A stretch of 56,366 nt of DNA from Spirochaetales bacterium (GTDB taxonomy: Bacteria; Spirochaetota; Spirochaetia; Treponematales; UBA12059). The notes beneath the pieces are model-generated. The model worked only from the letters and a program-made list of their open reading frames with translations, was not told the origin of the DNA and ran no database searches. Location: positions 1-56,366 of the forward strand of contig JAFGJV010000059.1 in NCBI GenBank assembly GCA_016928955.1. The letters run 5' to 3'. A program made the translations under genes and the position numbers. Of the stretch, positions 20,899 through 30,094 are shown piece after piece (the stretch's first letter is position 1; each line of letters starts with the position of its first letter).

Positions 20899-21906
20899 AT
20901 GCCCACCAGCGAGACCCTACCCAAGCCCGTTCGCGTGCTTCCTACCGACCTGATCGTATTCGCCGAGGCGGCGTTCCTGTCCGCCCTGTGCTTTGCCCAC
21001 CCCCATGCCGGCCCCTTCTCGGTCATGGGCGTGAGCCTGTCGGCCGCGTGGATGGCTGGCGTGCTGGACGCGGCCCTGGCCGTCCTGGCCCTGGCCATGC
21101 CGGTGCTGGTCAAGCCGGACGCCCATCCCGTCCTGCGCTTCTTGCGGACCTTCTATCCCCAGCTTCTGTCCGCCCTGTTTTTCTTCCAGGTCATCTTCCT
21201 GTCGTCCCTCGTATTCGGGGGCTACAGCCATGACGCCTTTTTCGAGTCCATAGACCAGGCGGTGTTCGGTTTCCAGCCAGCGCGGGAATTCAGCGCTGCC
21301 TTCTCCCACAACGCCTGGCTCAACGAGCTCATGTTCACCGCCTACTGCTCGTATTTCGTGCTGCTGGCCGTAACCCCGTGGATACCCTGGTTCATGGGCC
21401 GCAAGGACGAGGCCGAGCGCCAGCTGTTCGTGTTCGTGGCCCTGTCGGCCATCTTGGACATCTGGTACGTGTTCTTCCGCGTCCAGGGGCCAAAATACTG
21501 GATGCCCGATCTCCGCGAGCTGTGGTATGGGCACTTCCAGGGCGGGCCCATCACCCATTTCTTCCAGAACGGCGTGGATACCGTGACCCTGTCCGGAGCT
21601 GCCTTCCCGTCGTCGCACATGGCCGAGATGACCATGTTCTGCATCCTGGCGGCCCGCAGCCACAAAAAACTGGCCGCCTTCTACGTGCCCTGGACCGTGA
21701 TTATCGGCGCGGCGACCATCTACCTCTACGCGCATTACGCCGTAGACTCAGTGGCCGGCGTTGTGGTCGGCCTGGCCCTGACCTATGCCCTGCTCGCGCT
21801 GTCAGGCCGCGCGTCCGCGCTCGCTGGTTCCGTTGCCTCGCTGTACGGACGACTGCGCCTGTGGTTGGCCAGGCGGCCGGGAATTGCCAAGGCGCCGCCG
21901 GCATGA
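20899..21906 (+). CDS. PAP2-family membrane phosphatase/phosphotransferase (Aur1/IPC-synthase-like)
   Basis: AAFPSSH and HYAVD motifs, multiple TM helices. Confidence 0.8.
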   Translation: MPTSETLPKPVRVLPTDLIVFAEAAFLSALCFAHPHAGPFSVMGVSLSAAWMAGVLDAALAVLALAMPVLVKPDAHPVLRFLRTFYPQLLSALFFFQVIFLSSLVFGGYSHDAFFESIDQAVFGFQPAREFSAAFSHNAWLNELMFTAYCSYFVLLAVTPWIPWFMGRKDEAERQLFVFVALSAILDIWYVFFRVQGPKYWMPDLRELWYGHFQGGPITHFFQNGVDTVTLSGAAFPSSHMAEMTMFCILAARSHKKLAAFYVPWTVIIGAATIYLYAHYAVDSVAGVVVGLALTYALLALSGRASALAGSVASLYGRLRLWLARRPGIAKAPPA

Positions 21907-22679
21907 GGACGGGCGTCGACCCGAACTTTCCCTGGTACGAGGCCCATGAAGGCTTCTCCTTTCCCCCTCCGGACCGCGCCGATCCCCGCGGCATCGTGTG
22001 CACGGGCGGCAACCTGTCGCCGGGCCTGCTCCTATCGGCCTACAGCCAGGGCATCTTCCCGTGGTACAGCTCCGGCGAGCCCCTGATATGGTGGAGCCCG
22101 GATCCGCGCTTTGTGCTCTTTCCTCAAGAACTGCACGTGTCCGGCACCATGCGCAAAATCATCAAAAAACGTCGCTTCAGGCTCAGTGTGGACCAGGCGT
22201 TCGGCAGGGTGATCCGGGCCTGTTCCGGCGTCAAACGGCCGGGACAGCGGGGCACCTGGATAGTGCCGGACATGGTGGACGGCTACGAGCGCCTGCACGC
22301 CCTGGGCTACGCCCATTCGGCGGAAGCATGGCTTGACGACGAGCTCGTGGGAGGCCTGTACGGCGTTTCCCTAGGCTCGCTGTTCTTTGGCGAGTCCATG
22401 TTCAGCCTGGTTCCTGACGCGTCCAAGGCGGTGTTCATACCTCTGGTGTGGCGCCTGGCCGACGAAGGCTGTACCCTGATCGACAGCCAGGTGCGTACCG
22501 ACCATGTGGCCGGCATGGGCGGCCGCGACATCATGCGGAGCGAGTACCTGGGCATCCTGTCCGCCTGCATCCGCCACCCGGGCTTCAGGGGTAACTGGGG
22601 CTCGCTCTTTCCCGATTTCCCCGAGTCCGGCCCCTGGAACGCCCTTGCCGGCGGCAAAACGGCAAATCCGCAGGAATAA
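21903..22679 (+). CDS. aat: Leucyl/phenylalanyl-tRNA--protein transferase
   Basis: AYSQGIFPW, WWSPDPR, LVGGLYGV, FFGESMFS, DASK. Confidence 0.97.
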   Translation: MRTGVDPNFPWYEAHEGFSFPPPDRADPRGIVCTGGNLSPGLLLSAYSQGIFPWYSSGEPLIWWSPDPRFVLFPQELHVSGTMRKIIKKRRFRLSVDQAFGRVIRACSGVKRPGQRGTWIVPDMVDGYERLHALGYAHSAEAWLDDELVGGLYGVSLGSLFFGESMFSLVPDASKAVFIPLVWRLADEGCTLIDSQVRTDHVAGMGGRDIMRSEYLGILSACIRHPGFRGNWGSLFPDFPESGPWNALAGGKTANPQE

Positions 22680-22760
22680 GCGCTTCCCGCTTTGCCAAGA
22701 CCCGTTTTTCAGGGTATCGTTTGCCTGTAGGGCCGCCTTTTCCGGCGGCCGGGAAGGGCC

Positions 22761-24575
22761 ATGAACGTCATCTTTATCGAACTGCCCAAACAAGACCCGG
22801 ACGGAGAGTCGGCGCGCGACTCGGTGCCGTACGCGGCGGCCAGACTGGCCGCCCAGGCTGAAGCCCGAGGCGCCCTGGCCCGCGCGGACTGGGCTTTTCT
22901 TGACCAGGACACGTCCGACCACGGCGGCGACGCGGCCGTATGCTCGGCCGTGCTTAGCGCCCAACCCGAGCTGGCCGTATTTTGCCTCCGGTCCTGGAAC
23001 CTGGACAGGAGCATTTGGGTTGCCAAACGCATACGCGCCCTCCTCCCCGCCACCCATCTGGCCGCCTTCGGCCCAGAGGCCGCCGATTCGTCCGGCCTCC
23101 TGCGCGAACAGGCCTTTGACGCCATCATTGAGGGCGAGGCAGAGGACGCCTTCCTGGACCTTCTTGAGGACGCGGCCAACCGCTCCCTGAAACCCCGCTA
23201 CACGTCGGCCGCGCCCGCGAACTTTGTGGCCCTGCCCGACCCCTACCTGGCCGGCGTCCTGGCCCCGGCTCCGGGCAAGCCCGTATACTTCGAGGCCCGC
23301 AGGGGCTCGGGCCGCGCCTGCCCGCTACGCTACGAGCCATGGCCGCAGGGCCTGGTGCGCGAAGCGCCCAAAGACCACGCGCCCAGGCTGCTCAGGCTGG
23401 CGTCGGACAAGGGAGCCTCAGGCTTCCGGATCAGGGGCGGGGCCTACCCGCAGGGCCCGGACGCGGCATCTGCACTCAAGGCCCTGGCCGCCGCGAACGA
23501 AGGCGGCGTGCCCGTGTACGCCGAGCTGGACCCGTCGGCCATAGGAGACGATGAGGCGTTCCTGTGGTCGGACGCCGCCCTTGCCGAGGCCCGGGCGCCC
23601 CTGGTCAGCGTCAACCCTGCCAGCCTGTCCGCCCTCGGGCTCAGCCTGGACCGCGACGCCTTTGAGGCAGGCATCCACGCCCTGTGGACCCAGGGCCTCC
23701 ACGTCAAACCCGCCCTGATCTTGGGCCTCCCGCACGACGCGTACGAGAACGTCATAGACAGCTTTGACTACCTGGGCATGGCCGGCATGGGCCAGGACAC
23801 GGAACTCTGGCCCCTGGCCGTAAAGCCGGGCACCCTCATACGCGCGTCCACCCACGACTACGGCATACGGGAATTCCTGGAACGGCCCCCGTACTGGACC
23901 GTGGAAACCGAGTGGATGGAAGAGGACGATTTCCTGGACGCGGTGGCCGATTTTGAGGAAAGCTTTGACGTTGCCCTGGCCGCCCCGGTCAAACCCTGCT
24001 TCAAGCCCAGCCGCGGCGGTTTTACGTCCTTTGCCGACCTCCGGACGGACTCCGGCCTGGACGCCCTCGTGATGTCGCCCGAAAAACTGGCGTCGTCAGT
24101 GACCCTGCTGCTGTCGGCCGACGACCCTGACCAGGCTGCCCGCGTGGCCAGGGCCGCCCGGTCGCTCAAGCGGGAGAATCCGTACACGCTGTGGCAGCTG
24201 GTCCTGGTGTCTGACGCCGGTCTGCCCCCGGACGCCGTGCTGTCCCGCCTGGCGGACGCCTTTTCCCAGCCCGAACATTATTTTGAGCTGGAGCGCCTGT
24301 ACTCTCTGGATCCCCAGCCGACGTTCCAGACCCGCCTGTTTTTCTGCACCCGTTCCGAGCCCCTGGCCCTGAGGGCGCTCAAGGAGCTCCCCAGGCTGGA
24401 AACCCTGTACCTGCTTGGACAGGCCCTGCCCGGCCCCAAGCTCCTTGAGGCCTTTCCCTTCCTGGCCTTTGACCGCGACGCCACGCCCTTTGAGCTTCTC
24501 TATGACGTGATGAGCGCCTACCGCGACTTCCCGGACCTCCTGGTGGAAGCCCCCAGGGAGCTGTTCGGTCCATAA
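22761..24575 (+). CDS. Degenerate B12-binding radical-SAM-like protein
   Basis: Layout matches class B radical SAM enzymes (…WN, GPEA, IEGEAE, PDPYL, ILGLPHD, PGT). The cluster-motif position reads RGSGRACPLRY. Confidence 0.6.
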   Translation: MNVIFIELPKQDPDGESARDSVPYAAARLAAQAEARGALARADWAFLDQDTSDHGGDAAVCSAVLSAQPELAVFCLRSWNLDRSIWVAKRIRALLPATHLAAFGPEAADSSGLLREQAFDAIIEGEAEDAFLDLLEDAANRSLKPRYTSAAPANFVALPDPYLAGVLAPAPGKPVYFEARRGSGRACPLRYEPWPQGLVREAPKDHAPRLLRLASDKGASGFRIRGGAYPQGPDAASALKALAAANEGGVPVYAELDPSAIGDDEAFLWSDAALAEARAPLVSVNPASLSALGLSLDRDAFEAGIHALWTQGLHVKPALILGLPHDAYENVIDSFDYLGMAGMGQDTELWPLAVKPGTLIRASTHDYGIREFLERPPYWTVETEWMEEDDFLDAVADFEESFDVALAAPVKPCFKPSRGGFTSFADLRTDSGLDALVMSPEKLASSVTLLLSADDPDQAARVARAARSLKRENPYTLWQLVLVSDAGLPPDAVLSRLADAFSQPEHYFELERLYSLDPQPTFQTRLFFCTRSEPLALRALKELPRLETLYLLGQALPGPKLLEAFPFLAFDRDATPFELLYDVMSAYRDFPDLLVEAPRELFGP

Positions 24576-24604
24576 CGGGCCGCTCGCCGTCCGGTCGGAT
24601 GCCG

Positions 24605-25585
24605 CTAGTAGTTGGCGGCCAGATCCACCCGGTGCCGAGCGTCGCCCGAATCCAGCCACAGCGCCACGTTGTCCACCGTCTGCCTGGCGTTAAGGCCCAC
24701 AGCCTCGTGGGTGGAGCCGGCCACATGCGGAGACAGTATCACGTTGGGCAGTTCGTGGATGGGATGGCGCGACGGCGCGCCCACGGTGGACCCGGCTTTT
24801 GGATAGGTGTACCACACGTCCAGTCCGGCGCCGGCCAGCGTGCCGTCCGTGAGCGCCTGGTAGAGCGCATCCTCCACCACAACCTCTCCGCGGCCAACAT
24901 TGATAAGCCAGGCGCCCTTCATGGCGTCCAGCTCGGCCTTGCCGAGCAAGCCTCTGGTTTCGTCGGTTAGGGGCAGGGTTATGAAGACGATCTTGGCGCC
25001 GTCCACCGCCGCCCGTATGTCCGTACCCACCTCGTCAAAATACGGAGGCGGGGTTTGCCCGGACTTCCTCCGGTAGCCGACCACATGGCAATCAAAGGCC
25101 TTGAGCAGGCGCGCCAAGGCCTGGCCTATGGCCCCCACGCCCAGGACGGCGCAACGGTAACCAAAGATGGAATGCCAGAAGTCCTCCGCGCCCTTGCCCA
25201 CCCAGAATCCGTGCCAGCGCCCCTCCCGCAGGTCGTTGTGGTACTCGACGATCCTGCCAAAGCCGGCCAAGGCCAGGGCCAGAGCCCGCTCGGCCACGCT
25301 GCCCGAGTTGCCGTGGCAGTTGAACACGCTGACTCCCCGCTCCGTCAGTATGTCCGCCGGCAGGTGGTTAAGGCCCACAAAGGGCACGAACACAGCCTTG
25401 AGCTTGTCAGCCGTCCGGAAGTGTGCCGCGTCTATAGGATTGGCCACCACGGCGTCCAGCTCGGGAAACACGGCCAGGCACTCGTCCATGCCGCGCACTA
25501 TGGTCACTCCTGGATGCGACGCTTCCAGCCGGTCAATCTCGGCCTTCCACACGCCCCCCGCTGGCAGGCAAAAGCCAATGTTCAT
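24605..25585 (-). CDS. D-isomer-specific 2-hydroxyacid dehydrogenase
   Basis: GVGAIG, LPLTDETRGL, INVGRG, GLDVW, SPHVAG. Confidence 0.92.
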   Translation of the reverse strand: MNIGFCLPAGGVWKAEIDRLEASHPGVTIVRGMDECLAVFPELDAVVANPIDAAHFRTADKLKAVFVPFVGLNHLPADILTERGVSVFNCHGNSGSVAERALALALAGFGRIVEYHNDLREGRWHGFWVGKGAEDFWHSIFGYRCAVLGVGAIGQALARLLKAFDCHVVGYRRKSGQTPPPYFDEVGTDIRAAVDGAKIVFITLPLTDETRGLLGKAELDAMKGAWLINVGRGEVVVEDALYQALTDGTLAGAGLDVWYTYPKAGSTVGAPSRHPIHELPNVILSPHVAGSTHEAVGLNARQTVDNVALWLDSGDARHRVDLAANY

Positions 25586-25630
25586 CGCGTCCCTCCTTGC
25601 CTGGGCGGCGAGTGTCGCCCGCTTCACCGC

Positions 25631-25662
25631 AAATAAAACGGGGCGCCCCGTTAGGCGCCCCG
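25631..25662 (-). terminator. Intrinsic terminator after the sigma factor gene
   Basis: 9-bp CGGGGCGCC stem followed by TTTTATTT on the minus strand. Confidence 0.75.
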
Positions 25663-25706
25663 CTCCCGTGACACAGCCCTGTCGTCGGACCAATCGGCGC
25701 GGGTGC

Positions 25707-26717
25707 CTACATCACTTCCTGGTACTCTGCCAGCTGCTGGAGCTCCTTGAGCTTCTGTATGGCCTTTTCCTGGATCTGGCGCACGCGCTCGCGGGTGATG
25801 CCGAGCAGCTTGCCGGTCTCCTCAAGGGTCAGGGGCCCCTCGCCGTTGAGGCCATAGCGCAGGGTTATGATGGTGATTTCTCGCTGGTTCAGGTTCTTGA
25901 GCACGCTGCCGAGGGTGTCCTGCAGGGTCATGCTGAACACTTCCTCAAAGGGCTCCACGGCGCTCTCGTCCTTGATGAGATCCGACAGATGGGTAACGTT
26001 GTCCTCGTCCACCGTGGTGTCCAACGACGCCGTTTCCTGGGACAGCTTCATGATCTCCTTGACCTTGCGGGGATCCATGCCAAGCTTGTCGGCCAGCTCG
26101 TCGGAATTGGGATCCCTGCCGAGTTCCTGGGTCAGCTGTTTGGCCACAAAATAGCACTTCTTGATCGTATTGAGCATGTGGATGGGTATGCGTATCACGC
26201 GCCCCTTGTCCGCCAGGCTCTTGATGATGGCCTGCCGGATCCACCAGGTGCCATAGGTGGAAAACCGGCACCCTCGGGTATAGTCGAAGCGTTCCACGGC
26301 CTCAATGAGGCCGATATTGCCCTCGTCTATGATGTCCAGGAGGGACAGGCCGCGGTGCTGGTAGTTCTTGGCTATGGACACCACCAGGCGCAGGTTGCTG
26401 GATATCATGCGGTTTTTGCACTGCAAGAGCTCGGTCTCGTGCTTGGTATGGTCGCGCTTGTACGCGTCCGAGCGGATCGATCCGCTGTCCTTGAGGTTGT
26501 CCAGGGCCGCCATGGCGTGGCGGGATTTCTGGATGCGCTCGCCCAGGTCCAGTTCCTCCTCGGCGGTCAAGAGGGGGTATCTGGATATCTGCTTGAGATA
26601 CAGGGCCAGGGGATCTGTTTCCTTGGCGGGCTTGGGTTTCTTGACCTTTTTCTGGATGATAAGCTTGGCTTTTTCCGGACGACGCTGAACTTTTTTCTCT
26701 GTAGCGCTTTCGATCAT
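25707..26717 (-). CDS. RNA polymerase sigma70 factor, RpoD/RpoS-like (regions 1.2-4, no region 1.1)
   Basis: YLKQISRYPLL, NLRLVVSIAK, FSTYGTWWIRQAI, TRERVRQI. Confidence 0.93.
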   Translation of the reverse strand: MIESATEKKVQRRPEKAKLIIQKKVKKPKPAKETDPLALYLKQISRYPLLTAEEELDLGERIQKSRHAMAALDNLKDSGSIRSDAYKRDHTKHETELLQCKNRMISSNLRLVVSIAKNYQHRGLSLLDIIDEGNIGLIEAVERFDYTRGCRFSTYGTWWIRQAIIKSLADKGRVIRIPIHMLNTIKKCYFVAKQLTQELGRDPNSDELADKLGMDPRKVKEIMKLSQETASLDTTVDEDNVTHLSDLIKDESAVEPFEEVFSMTLQDTLGSVLKNLNQREITIITLRYGLNGEGPLTLEETGKLLGITRERVRQIQEKAIQKLKELQQLAEYQEVM

Positions 26718-26797
26718 ACGAGCTCCCTTAAGGGGCGCAGGGCCCGGCCACGTTACCGTTCGTATGGCGACAGCTCCATACCTGACACGCCGTGTGA

Positions 26798-26825
26798 ATT
26801 GTACTCAGATTTTTACTAAAATCAA
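26798..26825 (-). promoter_or_regulatory. Putative promoter of the sigma gene
   Basis: TTGATT-N16-TACAAT in an AT-rich intergenic region. Confidence 0.5.
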
Positions 26826-26927
26826 ATCTTTTCCGCCAAATTCGTCGAAAAAACGATGAATTTGCGCGTTATTCACACAATAATGAACAGAAATTCAAGA
26901 ACCCCGCCCAAGCACGGCAAAAACAGG

Positions 26928-27710
26928 TCAATCCCTGGGAGCTTTTGCCGGATCGAGCGACTCGGCGCCCTTGAACACAAAGAAATATACCGATGCCCCG
27001 CCCTGCCCGTCTGGAGCGGCTGTACCCACCACCACGCCCTTTCTCACGGTGTCGCCTACCTTGACGGACAGTTCGTCCGCTCCGCCGTATACATACACCA
27101 GGCCGTCCGGCGCCTGGACAAAGGCCACCTTGCCGAAACCGCCCCTGAAGGGACCTGCGGATATCACCGTGCCCGCACGGATCGCGCTTATCTGGGCGCC
27201 CGGCTTTACGGCTATGGCCGCTCCCCTAATCTTGCCCTGCAGATAGGACAGCTCGCCCTGGGCTGGCCATTGGCCGGCGGCCGCTTTTTGCGCCACGGCC
27301 GGCACGCTGGGTGCAACGGGGGCAGCGGGCTGGGTATCGGACGCCTGGGAAGCCACCAGAAGTTTCTGGCCCGGCTGTATGACGTCACTTTTTAGCTTGT
27401 TGGCCAGCTTGAGCTGGTCCACGCTCATGCCAAAGCGCTTGGCTATGGAATAGAGGGTGTCGCCGGGCTGCACCGTGTAGCTGACAAGAGCCGTGGCCCC
27501 CGGGATCTCCAGCCGGGTCCCTGGCATGACCTTGGCGGGATCCTTGATGCCGTTGAGCGCTATGAGTTCGTCCAGCTTGACGTCATAGCGTCGGGCGATG
27601 GCATACAGCGTCTCGCCCTTGGCCACCACATGGAACGTGGGGTCGGCCGCCAGGGCCGGGAAGAGGGCAAGTATGAGTAGTAGGCTGAGGGCGAGTCGTT
27701 TCCCGGTCAT
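26928..27710 (-). CDS. Secreted 2xLysM + M23/LytM-like protein (NlpD-like)
   Basis: Signal peptide, LysM repeats HVVAKGETLYAIA and YTVQPGDTLYSIA, WP…VKVGDTV M23-like domain. Confidence 0.88.
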   Translation of the reverse strand: MTGKRLALSLLLILALFPALAADPTFHVVAKGETLYAIARRYDVKLDELIALNGIKDPAKVMPGTRLEIPGATALVSYTVQPGDTLYSIAKRFGMSVDQLKLANKLKSDVIQPGQKLLVASQASDTQPAAPVAPSVPAVAQKAAAGQWPAQGELSYLQGKIRGAAIAVKPGAQISAIRAGTVISAGPFRGGFGKVAFVQAPDGLVYVYGGADELSVKVGDTVRKGVVVGTAAPDGQGGASVYFFVFKGAESLDPAKAPRD

Positions 27711-27794
27711 TCTACTTCATCATCGGGCGGGACGCAGCGCTCCTTGAGAGCCTCCGGCCCAAGACAAGAGCTTGCGGCGGGCGAGCGTGGCTGA

Positions 27795-28643
27795 TCAGGG
27801 ATCCTGCCGCTTGCCTGCCGGTCCGGAGCCGTCAAACAGCCAGGTGCCAGCGTCGTCTATCAGCCTGGACAACAGCACGATATGCACCTCTCCCTTGGCC
27901 CGTTCCGTTTCCCTGGCCCAGGTGGCGGGCGTGTAGCGGGCCGCCAGGGCTGCTTTGCGGGCCTGGGCCAAGCCCGACAGCCGCTCCCGCTCGCTCCCCG
28001 AGGCTCCGGCGGCGCAGAGCGAGCCCAAGAGATAGGCTGACAGCAGGGAAAGGACGCGGTCTTTGGCGCCCAGCAGGGCCTCCAGGGCTGGCGCAGCGTC
28101 CTGGGTGCGCTTGAGGAGGACCAGACTGAACGCGTGGTAGAACGACAGCCACGAGGCGTTGTCCCCGCCGGCATGTCCCTCCAGCGACGCTATAAAACGC
28201 TCAGCGCCCTCGTGATCCTGACCCAGGAGCCTGGCCGCGGCAAAGGCCACGGCGTCGCGGCGCACCGCCGCAGGCTTGTTGGCAGACAGCTCGTTCTCAA
28301 GCCTCTTGACCGCGGCCAAATCCGACCTGAGGAGCGACGCGTTGATGAACAGCCGCACGTAACGCCGGTTGTAGCGGCCCTTCTTGAAAATCCTGTCGTC
28401 CAGCCAGGCCGCCAGGGCAGCCCAGTCCTCCGACTCAACCAGGGCAAACAACTTCCAGTTTGACAGGAAAAAAGCGTTGAACGCCGCCAGCACGACCAGG
28501 AAGAAGGCTCCCAGCGGCCAGTTTTGAGCCCACACCGCTCCCAGGTACTCGCCGTCCAGAAGGAACAAGGGCATCAAAAAAATGAATGAAAACGAGAAGA
28601 TAAGCGTTATATTGAAAAGAAAGAAAATAGCCTTAAACTTCAT
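27795..28643 (-). CDS. Hypothetical membrane protein (2 N-terminal TM, helical C-terminus)
   Basis: Long ORF with host-like codon usage and a hydrophobic N-terminus. Confidence 0.75.
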   Translation of the reverse strand: MKFKAIFFLFNITLIFSFSFIFLMPLFLLDGEYLGAVWAQNWPLGAFFLVVLAAFNAFFLSNWKLFALVESEDWAALAAWLDDRIFKKGRYNRRYVRLFINASLLRSDLAAVKRLENELSANKPAAVRRDAVAFAAARLLGQDHEGAERFIASLEGHAGGDNASWLSFYHAFSLVLLKRTQDAAPALEALLGAKDRVLSLLSAYLLGSLCAAGASGSERERLSGLAQARKAALAARYTPATWARETERAKGEVHIVLLSRLIDDAGTWLFDGSGPAGKRQDP

Positions 28644-28788
28644 GTCGCTCCGTCCCAATAATAGAGATGAGGATGCGCGTGAAACGTGCCCGGTTCCCCT
28701 GGCCGCTCACAACGGCACGGACGCGTTGTACGGGGGCGGCCGGGGCCGCGATTGCGCGCAAGCATAAAGTATACCCAGAGAGGGGTCA

Positions 28789-29955
28789 ATGGGCATGAAC
28801 AACGTAGCGCTCAAGGACCTGGGACCGGACACGTTTTTTGACGCGCCCGTGTTCCTGGACGAATCCTATATCCTGCTCACGCCGGAAACGCCGGTTACAT
28901 CCACCCTGGTCAACCATTTGGCCGAGTGGGAATTCCGCCAGGTCCAGACCGAGGGAACGGCCGGGGGCGCCCCGGCGGACGCCGGAGACTCGGGAGGCGA
29001 CGACGAGGCCGAGGAGGCCAAGCCGGTCACCAGCCAGTCGGCGGACGACAAGGAAAACCTGGGCAAGGTGTCCCAGTTCTACGAGCAGTTCCTCAAGTAC
29101 GTGGAAGCGGTGTACACGCGCTACGTGACCAAGAACGAGATCATCCTGAAGGAGCTGTCGGACAGGGTAAAGACCCTGTGCGACGTGATTGCGGAAAACA
29201 AGCGCTACATGCTCAGGATACTGAGCGCCAGCGCCGCGTCGTCCAACTACCTGGTCAACCACTCGGTACGGTCCACCATCCTGGCCATCGTGCTCGGCAG
29301 CAACCTGAAGCTTCCCCCGCACCGGCTCATAGAGCTGGGCGTGTCCTGCGTGCTCCACGAGATAGGCATGGTCCGCCTGCCACCCCAGCTGTACATGGCC
29401 GGCCGTGCCCTGACCCCGGCGGAGCGCAAGTCCATCACAGCCCACCCCATCCTGGGCTACAACATTCTCAAGGACAAAAAATTCCCGCTGGCCATCAGCC
29501 TGGTGGCCCTGGAGCATCACGAGCGGATGAACGGCACGGGGTACCCGCGCGCCTTAAGCGGCGACAAGATATCCCTGTACGCCCGCATCGTGGCGGTGGC
29601 CTGCTCCTACGACGCGGTAACCGCGGCCCGTCCCTTCAGGGAGGCCCGCGAGGGCTACGAGGGCATGGTCGACCTGCTCAAGAACGACGGCAAGCAATAC
29701 GACGACACCGTGATCCGCTCACTGGTGTACTCCCTGTCGATCTACCCCATCGGCTCCTATGTCCTTCTTACCAACGGCAAAAGCGGCCAGGTCATAGACG
29801 TCAACCCGGACAATCCCCGCTACCCGGTGGTGCTGGTCCTGGGCTCGCGCACGCCGGACGGCAAGGAGACCATCATCCAGACAGCCGAGCAGGGCGTGCG
29901 CATACTCAGGCCCATGACCCACCAGGAGGCCGAGGGTCAGCGCACGGAGGGCTGA
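28789..29955 (+). CDS. HD-GYP domain protein (HE variant)
   Basis: LHEIG, HHERMNGTGYP, ARIVAVA, YPIG. Confidence 0.9.
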   Translation: MGMNNVALKDLGPDTFFDAPVFLDESYILLTPETPVTSTLVNHLAEWEFRQVQTEGTAGGAPADAGDSGGDDEAEEAKPVTSQSADDKENLGKVSQFYEQFLKYVEAVYTRYVTKNEIILKELSDRVKTLCDVIAENKRYMLRILSASAASSNYLVNHSVRSTILAIVLGSNLKLPPHRLIELGVSCVLHEIGMVRLPPQLYMAGRALTPAERKSITAHPILGYNILKDKKFPLAISLVALEHHERMNGTGYPRALSGDKISLYARIVAVACSYDAVTAARPFREAREGYEGMVDLLKNDGKQYDDTVIRSLVYSLSIYPIGSYVLLTNGKSGQVIDVNPDNPRYPVVLVLGSRTPDGKETIIQTAEQGVRILRPMTHQEAEGQRTEG

Positions 29956-30094
29956 CGGCCAAGGCGGCGGATTCGTGCGCCGGCGTTCTTGCCCAGTAAA
30001 GCCGTTTTTGGGTACGCTCATGACCTGGAGGCAGGCCGGCCAAACACGGCGCAGCCTCCGATAGCATAGCGCACCCGCGCCCAAGGAGCCCGCC

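Noticed and set aside
26718..26927. Sigma54 promoter for the sigma gene, as in Borrelia rpoS
   Set aside because: I found no correctly spaced TGGC…TTGC (-24/-12) on the minus strand.
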